64,000 bases of DNA from Chrysomallon squamiferum (taxonomy: Eukaryota > Animalia > Mollusca). Location of the stretch: assembly GCA_012295275.1 (NCBI GenBank), contig CM022673.1:16616001-16680000 (forward strand), given 5' to 3'. Shown here piece by piece: positions 57,846 through 64,000 of this stretch. The position numbers and the translations under genes were made by a program. Position 1 is the stretch's first letter. Every line of letters starts with the position of its first letter. The notes below the pieces were generated by a model. That model ran no database searches. It saw only the letters and a program-made list of their open reading frames with translations, and was not told the DNA's origin.

Positions 57846-60800
57846 GATCAGAATCACAATCACACAAACACCTGACATAACTTGCACAAAACCCCCCTCA
57901 GAATTTCAGCATATTGTTTAAAATAAAGATTGTTGACCTCTTCTGAAATTATTGTTTATATGGGATTATGTTATAGTTGGAAAAAAAACCTGCTGAAATT
58001 TCAGTGTTAAAATTTATTTTCAGAGTATATCAAAATACAAATTATTATTATTGTTTTAAAAATGATGTTTGTTGGTATATTTTGAGTTTTTAAGTGCAAA
58101 AGTTTGTATTTGGGTGGATCACATTTCAGATGCAAAATTATTTTAAATTAAATTTAAAATACATTTACTTTTAATGTCTGTAAAACAAAGAGCTTCAAAA
58201 ATATCTACCGCAACAAATGAAAAAAAACAACAACAAACAACCCAAAACAAGGGGAAAAAAGAAAAAAGAAACAAAGAAATAAATAAACAAATAAATAAAT
58301 AAATAAATAAATACAACACAAAACAGCAAACTAAAAATCAGATTTATACACAGACTTTCTGCTTGGTCAGGTAGATTTCCATCTACTGACTGGTTCAAAT
58401 ATTCTACTATGTTTTTTTTATTATTATTTTTTTTAACCAACCTTCTCTCATTATTGTAACTTTAACAGAACCATTAATCAATCATGCCATGATATACCTA
58501 GTGGAATTTGTTCCTTTTTTTAATTATTTTTTTGTTGCACTAAATGGTAAGAAGATTCTTTCACCTCTGTGCCTCTGCAGAATAATTAATCAATTTTGCC
58601 ATGTTATATTTTGTGAATTTGTTTCTCTTTTGCACATATGAATGATGACAGAAGCACTTGTTTAAGTGTAATATTTGCACTCTTTTCTTTTTTAAAATAA
58701 TAAATATTTTTATATATATAAACATTTATAACATTACCTGTTGTCATTTTACTATTTGCACTTGTGTATCTGGTAATTGCACTGGTGTCTTTTATTATTA
58801 TTGCACTTGTATACTTATATATATATAATTATATATTTTTGCATATATGTATGGTGGTAATTGTTTAGCACAATGTTTTAGTTAAAGTGGCACACTGGGT
58901 CCTTTACAATTTCATTTCCTTTAAAAAAAAAAAATGTGTGTGTGTTAAAATTATTTATTTTAATTTTTAAAATTAAAACTAAAAACAAGTCGACAATTTT
59001 AGAAAAACAGTTCATTTGTTGTTTTGGGTTTTTTTTCCAGTATTAATTTGTTTAAATTATTCTGCAGATGTTAAAATTAATCTTAAGTAATATAATTATT
59101 AATTGATTTTGCAACAAAAGAAAAAACAAAACAAAAAACAACAATTTAATCGTAGTACCTTAGTATGCCATTTACTATATACCAAAGCTCCCAGGTTTGA
59201 CAGAAAAAATAAAAATGTGTTGTATTCTTTCCTCACCTAAAAGGATCGACACAAACATGAGAAGCAGGATTACATTCGTGCTGAGCGAGGCAGAACCAAA
59301 CTGGAAATGTCCGGAGAGGCTGACAGCCAATCTCTGACCATGGTTAGGGCATGATATAATGAATGGCTTCTCCACAGCGGATGTATCACATGTTTTCTGC
59401 ACAATCTTATTAGTAATATCCAGTATAGGCGTATTAAGCTATTTAAAAATTTTATAAAACAGAATGCACTTTCTGCCTTCATCATTAGGAATAAATATCA
59501 TATTGCACTTTGGGGTATCTTCGAAATAATATACAGCTTGACTAAGCTAATTAATTATGTTTTTGTTTAACTATCTTTGAAGGATTTTATTCATTGTTCA
59601 AACCTTTAGTCTTTGCTTTATACACCTTCTCAGGGTAAAGCCTACCACAAGGCTTATACGAAGATTTAATTTGTATTACTGACTTTAACATATTGGCAGT
59701 TTATGTAATTCTTAATAAACAGTCATTCAGAAAATGACAGATAATTGGTATTCTGTATAAAAGAAAAATGTGATAATAGCCAAAATAGCAAAAGATGTAT
59801 TCATTAAATTGCATAAATGTTTTTAACAAACTATATTTGTATACAAATGGTCACAGTTAAGAACAGAAGGGCATGTGATTGAGTGTGTGGAGAAGTCTAT
59901 TGTAGATAGATCGAATGCAGTTCTAGATAGGATCTGCTGGCTTCATAAGCTTTTAGACATCTCTAATCAGCTGCATTTAAAAACTGTTTGAACACATCAT
60001 TCATTTTTGGAACAGTAGATATAAATATTAATGAATCTTAAAATAATACTTTCATTTATTTATTACAATATATTTTTAAAATTAATGATTATATTTTTAC
60101 ATATTATTTATATTACAATAAAAACCCCCCCCCCAAAAAAAATATATATATATATTTCTAAAAGAAATAACAGAAGAGAAAGAAAAAACAAAACAAAAAA
60201 AAAAACACAGCAAATTAATAAGCAGTCACTAAATCAGTCTTTTTATGTACCATTTCAAACAGTGTTTAAAAGTGCAGTACATTTTGTGTTCATGTATTAG
60301 ATTTGCTTTCCATGTTTTTCTTTTTTCTTTTCTTTTCTTTTTTTTAAATTATTTCTTCATTTTACTGCAATCATTATTTAGTCTCTAGACTTATATACAT
60401 TATATTTTCTGTTTTGTTGCTTTCCTTGTTTTCAGTACTGGTTTGTGGATCTTCTTTTTGTTGCTTTCATATCATGTTTCTAAGAAAGCCATTTTCATGT
60501 TCTAGATTATGTGGCGTTTCTTCTCTCTTTCAGGTGTCTTGTCCATTTTTCTCATTACTCAATGAGAACAACGTGTTGTCAAATGTCCTGTCACAAGTTT
60601 GCATTACAATAATTAGAAATTTGTATCTGTTGAGAAACTACAAAAAATGATTATTTTTATTAGTAAAAATAGGGCTAGATATAGACACGGTGAGCCAATA
60701 AGATATTTGTTATAGTAAAGGCTATATTTGGAAAACATTAACAAAGAAATAGGTTCTATAACAATCGGTTTTAGGGAAAGAAATTGTTTCAAACAATAAA

Positions 60801-62666
60801 ACCATAAATTTATAATTATTGCCTTCTGGTGTCTACATCAAGCCCTTAATAAAAGATGTTAAATTCAGCATGTGCATATAATTATGTTTACGAATTACAA
60901 TTTGTAGTGTGTATTTGATAGAAAATCTTGTTCTTATTCAAGTTTACAAGTATCTAAAGCACTTATAATTATTTAATAATTATTAGTTGTATGACAGTTT
61001 TGAAAGATTTCCTGGGGATTTAAATAATAACACATATTGATAAAGTTTGTGAAAAATAATTTTAGATATCAGAACAAAAGAACTCATCTCATGTGTTAGA
61101 ACAGAAAGAGAAAACGATCTGTATATGTGTATATATATATATGTGTATGGATTCATAAAGTCAGTAATAATAATAATAATAATAATAATCCCCAAGACCT
61201 TTGAAATCTAACATCATTAATAATATTATTATCTGATACTCTATAAACATATTCAGGTTCACTACAGTAAATAATCCTTGTAAAAATAAGTTTTTATTTC
61301 AAAATTATTCTGATAGTACTCAATTTTAAATACTTGTCCATCATTAGTGAAGTTAATTTTATTCTGAGAACACCAAATGTTAATGCCATCAAAAGTGGAT
61401 TAGATCTAATTTTGAAAATACTAAATTCTAAATAAATCCAAAAATATTTAGGTGTAAGTTTTTGTATTAAAACTACAAAATTGTATATTTATGGATTTCA
61501 TTAATTTCATATTTAATTATTTATTTTTGTTAATTGTTAAACAATTTTTAGTTATATTTATGGGTTCTTAATATAAATGCACAAAAAGGAATAAGGGGAT
61601 TTTATTTGGTAGCACTAAAATTTGAAATTTAACAACACAGAATTAGAATATATTTTGAAAATGCTAAATTTTAAAAAACTGTGTTGGGATCACAGAGGGA
61701 TGGAAGCAGACGTCAATCAGTAGAAATGGAAGTTCCTATAAAGATGCCTACACAAGAAAAATTAGAAGCCATGGAGCAGCAGCGACGTAGCTCAATGCAG
61801 ACACGCAGAGCTTCGTTGGCAGAGGTTATTCCAGATTGGCCAACACTTCAGAAACGCAAAGTCGTAAGAGAGGTACTAAACTAGGTTGAAGCAAAAAACA
61901 AATAAAACATATATTAATAATAACAGCAATAATAACCAATTAACCAAAAAAAAAAGAAGAAGAAATAACCTTATTTGTCTTAATGTGCCAGTATGTTGAA
62001 TATTTTGTCCTAATATGTGGAAAAATGTGTCGAATGATTAAATTTCTTTACATATTAACAAAAATAAAATAACACTGAACATTTTAATACACTGCCTTGG
62101 TGATAATAAATGCATAAACTATACCTGTGAAACTAATTTGGTTTTCCTCTTGTAAGTAACTTGCACTTGAAAAAAAAATAGTTGTGTAAGCCTTTGGTAT
62201 AAACTAACTTTTTTTATCCACTCCAAAATGTAACCCCAAGTAAATCCAGCTTTATCCAAGTAAATCCAGCTTTATCCAAGTAAATAGCTTTCAAAATGTT
62301 TCAGTAATTGTCCTTTCGTGTTGTTTTCAGTGATGAAAAATGCAATGGGTCATTGTGGCATTCACATTGATGTAAATGGTGTTTGTTGTAGCATGGATTT
62401 GTTAACTGAGTATTTCTGTTTTAATAATATTATACGGATAATAAATCTGTTAAATGTGGCTTAACAGCTGTGTTTCATTAAATGTTCTTTTGAATACTTT
62501 GTCTTGAGTTGATTATTGAGTATTATAGTAAGTAGAGTAAACAAAATATCTTGATTCAAATTGTTTGTCTTTGATAGAATAAAACTATTTCTCAGTGTGC
62601 AAATGTAAACCATCTTTTCAGAGATTTCCTTTGAAAGTGAAGAAAAAAGAAATAAAAAATATTTGG

Positions 62667-62703
<37 letters not shown>

Positions 62704-64000
62704 TATTAAAAAAAAGAAATGAGACAAGAAAATGTTAGAAAAAAGAAAAAACGACAACTGATAACCACATAAATTCACATTGTGAGTTAATAAAGAACTG
62801 TTATCTGACAAATTCAGATACTGAAAAAAGAATTTACATTTGGTTTTTCTATTGCAGTGGCTTTGCCAACTTTTGACATTAATCTGAAACTATTTTTATT
62901 GTCTGTCTGTATACAAAAGTACCAAACCCACCAAGCAACCCAAATAAGGTCCAACAAAAATACATAAAAATTATTATAAAAGTAACTAAAAGTAACATAA
63001 TACAAAGACAAACTAAAGAAACAAAAGTCCATAGCCTGTGCAGTTTTCAAACTGCCTTTACTGATATCACATACTTCTTGGGCAAAACACCAATAGTTTG
63101 AATTATTTTGGTGTATTAAGGGGGATGTTTTAGTGTTTCAAGACAGTAAATAAGATAATAATATTGTGTTGATGTGTTTATGTTGACAGATAGGTATGCT
63201 TGGCTGATAAAAATGTTTCAGAATAGTATTTTCCTTTTGTATTTATCTGTATGTGTGTGTGTGCATGGTTTTGTATTTTGATAGTTTCTTGCATGTAATA
63301 TTCTTACTTCTCTATTCAAATGGTAATTTTTCAATTCTTTTTCTTTTAATATAAAAAAAATAAATGATTTAGTACATTTTTTTTTTTTTTTTTTTGTACA
63401 AAACATAATTTTCAGTTACTTACTCAAGTCTAAATAATAATGCAGTGAAATCTGCCTGAAATAGTAAAATACTATGTTGATCTATATGAAGTTGTTTTGT
63501 TATATTTTCCCTAAATTCTAGTTAAAGATTATGTCATAATAATGAAGTCATTAAATGAATTTTTGTAAACTGAAAATTTGTGCTTTGGAAACATATTTTA
63601 ATTTTATAGCTTCCACTGTTTATGATTGCTAATATGTTAAATTAAACCTGTATTATAAAATTTAATAAACTCCTAATTTTTTTATTTTGTTTTAAATTTA
63701 AATATTTTGTACTGAAATAAAATAATTTGTTGTTAAACTTCAGGATCCAGACAAATTTTTGACAGAACTCCATGATGTTAAGACTATGGAAGGTGCGCCC
63801 TCAGTCCGCATGTCGTGCACTTTCTGCAAGCCTAATGCCAAGCTCAGTTGGCTGAAGAACAAAATGGAAATTTTCCATGGCTACAAGTACCATATTGAAA
63901 ACAATGACAAAGATTACACTCTTGAGATCATGAATGTGAAGCCAGAGGATGCAGGAAAGTACACTTGTCTTTGCAATGACTGCAAAACTTCTGCTTGGGT
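18562..64000 (+). CDS. unc-22: Twitchin (unc-22/projectin-like giant Ig/Fn3 kinase), 5' portion, multi-exon, runs off the window end
   Basis: N-terminus MGVDTAPRFTQKPSLKQEDGGQRLIFQC...GEVSASINLNFS resembles the first Ig of projectin/twitchin. Nine I-set Ig domains (AP.F..KP, W.., D.G.Y motifs), a DFRSLL motif and an RRASLAEVIPDWPTLQ D1-like site are present. 27 GT-AG exons join in frame without stops. Fn3 and kinase domains would lie beyond the window. Confidence 0.93.
20172..20242. repeat. (AG)n microsatellite
   Basis: Direct reading. Confidence 0.95.
21408..21423 (+). CDS. unc-22: 16-nt microexon (A)GQQK(Q), Ig1-Ig2 linker
   Basis: Long pyrimidine tract ...ttttcttccag, donor gtaagt at 21424; converts phase 1 to phase 2 as the next exon requires. 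Confidence 0.88.
21445..21533. repeat. (CT)n microsatellite just downstream of microexon 21408-21423
   Basis: Direct reading. Confidence 0.95.
24327..24400. repeat. (AG)n microsatellite
   Basis: Direct reading. Confidence 0.95.
26474..26622 (+). CDS. unc-22: Ig2 first half (QDGIAPNFTQKP...PIQQG)
   Basis: ttttcag acceptor, G|gtaaac donor, phase 2 to 1. Confidence 0.93.
28042..28197 (+). CDS. unc-22: Ig2 second half (GRYTMK...IRLNFD)
   Basis: ctttcag acceptor, A|gtaagt donor, phase 1 to 1, DGGNYKV motif. Confidence 0.93.
29259..29570 (+). CDS. unc-22: Ig3 (SETSKTKGTRPVFTQKP...ITLNFE)
   Basis: Acceptor tatag at 29258 (or in-frame ttcag at 29264), donor G|gtgggt, phase 1 to 1. Confidence 0.92.
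30639..30693. repeat. 21-bp tandem repeat GCCAGTAAATAATTACTYTCT x2.6
   Basis: Direct reading. Confidence 0.9.
31372..31387 (+). CDS. unc-22: 16-nt microexon (G)AKKP(Q), Ig3-Ig4 linker
   Basis: ttttcatag acceptor, gtaagt donor at 31388, phase 1 to 2, required for frame. Confidence 0.88.
31724..31940 (+). CDS. unc-22: Ig4 first part (IPEGKAPHFLQKP...TLQIK)
   Basis: ttttcag acceptor, gtgagt donor, phase 2 to 0. Confidence 0.93.
32191..32281 (+). CDS. unc-22: Ig4 second part (EPTLQDGGAYKCTAANDFGESNANITLNFQ)
   Basis: tttttag acceptor, G|gtataa donor, phase 0 to 1; translated by hand. Confidence 0.93.
32681..32913 (+). CDS. unc-22: Ig5 first part (GGDKKDKPPGGIAPTFTEKP...KLEIK)
   Basis: tttacag acceptor, AAG|gtaagt donor, phase 1 to 0. 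Confidence 0.93.
33388..33479 (+). CDS. unc-22: Ig5 second part (NFTPDDGGAYKVTAKNEMGEGNANITINLE)
   Basis: tttgcag acceptor, CC|gtaagt donor, phase 0 to 2. Confidence 0.93.
33785..33998 (+). CDS. unc-22: Ig6 first part (PKVAPPKVEGKPSIR...TLEIEN)
   Basis: tctgtag acceptor, gtaagt donor, phase 2 to 0. Confidence 0.92.
34532..34619 (+). CDS. unc-22: Ig6 second part (YTDKDSGTYKCVVKNPGGEASVTAALNVS)
   Basis: atttcag acceptor, C|gtaagt donor, phase 0 to 1. Confidence 0.92.
35023..35081 (+). CDS. unc-22: Ig7 start (QLKPKVKGEAPKFVQKLTPK)
   Basis: gtttcag acceptor, AAG|gtaata donor, phase 1 to 0. Confidence 0.9.
35487..35730 (+). CDS. unc-22: Ig7 remainder (SVTDGDAVDFVAK...SLQVK)
   Basis: tttccag acceptor, G|gtaaat donor, EDAGNY motif, phase 0 to 1. 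Confidence 0.93.
36049..36098 (+). CDS. unc-22: Linker exon EGKKETKEETQMKIEMK
   Basis: ctttacag acceptor, AAG|gtatga donor, phase 1 to 0, purine-rich. Confidence 0.82.
36666..36678 (+). CDS. unc-22: 13-nt microexon TKKT(E)
   Basis: ttttattttcag acceptor, CAG|gtaaag donor, phase 0 to 1; restores frame between the 36049 and 37665 exons. Confidence 0.8.
37665..37991 (+). CDS. unc-22: PEVK-like K/E/P-rich linker exon; alternative in-frame donor after 37862
   Basis: gcacag acceptor; EQKPEAPKEEIKPETKKEKTPPK...; donors CAG|gtaaag (37863) and AAG|gtaagg (37992), both phase 1. Confidence 0.88.
41303..41395 (+). CDS. unc-22: Acidic 93-nt symmetric exon ADEEVSDGYEADDDRPQSANIPNNGWDDSDD (probable cassette)
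   Basis: GC-richer island, open frame, A|gtaagt donor; only the AAG acceptor at 41302 gives phase 1 in this frame. Confidence 0.7.
42710..43020. repeat. Degenerate ~95-bp tandem repeat, about 3.3 copies
   Basis: Recurring GTRAGTAGA...ATCAC...TTAAT...AGTAT blocks at spacings of 97, 91 and 102 bp. Confidence 0.75.
43785..44070. mobile_element. Degenerate MITE-like element with 23-bp imperfect TIRs and internal (CA)n
   Basis: agggatcatccatgaagtatatg (43785-43807) versus the reverse complement of 44048-44070, aggagtcatccatgaaacaaatg (18/23 match); TTA/TAA context at both ends. Confidence 0.55.
44562..44575 (+). CDS. unc-22: 14-nt microexon (I/V)KSAL
   Basis: Very long pyrimidine tract ending ttacag, TTG|gtaagt donor; phase 1 to 0, needed to reach the phase-0 exon at 51466. 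Confidence 0.8.
51466..51577 (+). CDS. unc-22: Linker/Ig8 start NDVANDTEGRRMSKSASKPVADGPVIKSKPSNQTIVE
   Basis: taacag acceptor, G|gtaact donor, phase 0 to 1. Confidence 0.87.
51891..52133 (+). CDS. unc-22: Ig8 (GDNLMIDVDIDLKGKPMP...SFSIFIK)
   Basis: gttcag acceptor, G|gtttaa donor, DEAKY motif, phase 1 to 1. Confidence 0.92.
52763..52808 (+). CDS. unc-22: Linker exon DPKDSSLDFRSLLKHR (DFRxxL motif)
   Basis: ttttcag acceptor, AG|gtaagc donor, phase 1 to 2. Confidence 0.88.
53080..53138 (+). CDS. unc-22: Linker exon EQNKKQAEDDDVDWGSLKP
   Basis: ttttcag acceptor, G|gtagga donor, phase 2 to 1. Confidence 0.88.
56443..56537 (+). CDS. unc-22: Linker exon VDRGRRPSQIELMRMQLKKVEKEEGSDSEGEK
   Basis: tggcag acceptor, AAG|gtaaga donor, phase 1 to 0. 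Confidence 0.87.
59244..59342 (+). CDS. unc-22: 99-nt symmetric exon DRHKHEKQDYIRAERGRTKLEMSGEADSQSLTM (probable cassette)
   Basis: GC-rich island, open frame, AAG acceptor after ttctttcctcacct, ATG|gttagg donor, phase 0 to 0. Confidence 0.7.
61696..61872 (+). CDS. unc-22: D1-site exon RDGSRRQSVE...RRSSMQTRRASLAEVIPDWPTLQKRKVVRE
   Basis: cacag acceptor; donor GAG|gtacta at 61873 (in-frame alternative GTC|gtaaga at 61864); phase 0 to 0. Confidence 0.9.
62236..62285. repeat. 20-bp tandem repeat CCAAGTAAATCCAGCTTTAT x2.5
   Basis: Direct reading. Confidence 0.9.
63744..64000 (+). CDS. unc-22: Ig9 (DPDKFLTELHDVKTMEG...EDAGKYTCLCNDCKTSAW), truncated by the window end
   Basis: cttcag acceptor, open frame to the end, W and DAGKY Ig motifs. 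Confidence 0.92.

Noticed and set aside
58799-58812. TATTGCACTTGT, matching the 5' part of mature miR-92
   Set aside because: The conserved 3' CCCGGCC part is missing and I see no complementary hairpin arm, so it is not called a miRNA gene
18617-59485. Alternate-frame and antisense ORFs overlapping exons (e.g. 18639-18863, 29320-29673, 32625-32885, 37648-37902, 41174-41458, 51793-52155)
   Set aside because: Shadows of the GC-richer twitchin exons
30639-62285. Short direct repeats as CRISPR-like arrays
   Set aside because: Eukaryotic intron context, head-to-tail copies without spacers, no cas genes

Overview
AT-rich, microsatellite-rich, intron-rich animal genomic DNA. The window holds the 5' part of one giant muscle-protein gene on the + strand, twitchin (unc-22/projectin family). 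The RRASLAEVIPDWPTLQ motif resembles the molluscan twitchin D1 PKA site, so the source is most likely a mollusc. By hand I chained 27 coding exons from ATG 18562 to the window end, with GT-AG boundaries and consistent phases (about 1150-1260 aa depending on isoform). The order is seven I-set Ig domains, a K/E/P-rich linker, Ig8, a DFRxxL plus multi-PKA-site linker, and the start of Ig9. Four microexons of 13-16 nt, not resolved as exons by the ORF track, are needed to keep the frame. The linkers carry candidate cassette exons, alternative donors, a possible internal first exon and unusual intronic motif clusters. The first ~17 kb is non-coding, with promoter-like patches and weak hints of a minus-strand transcript. 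Most other listed ORFs are microsatellite or antisense artefacts. There is no transcript evidence, so all splice models are inferred from sequence.
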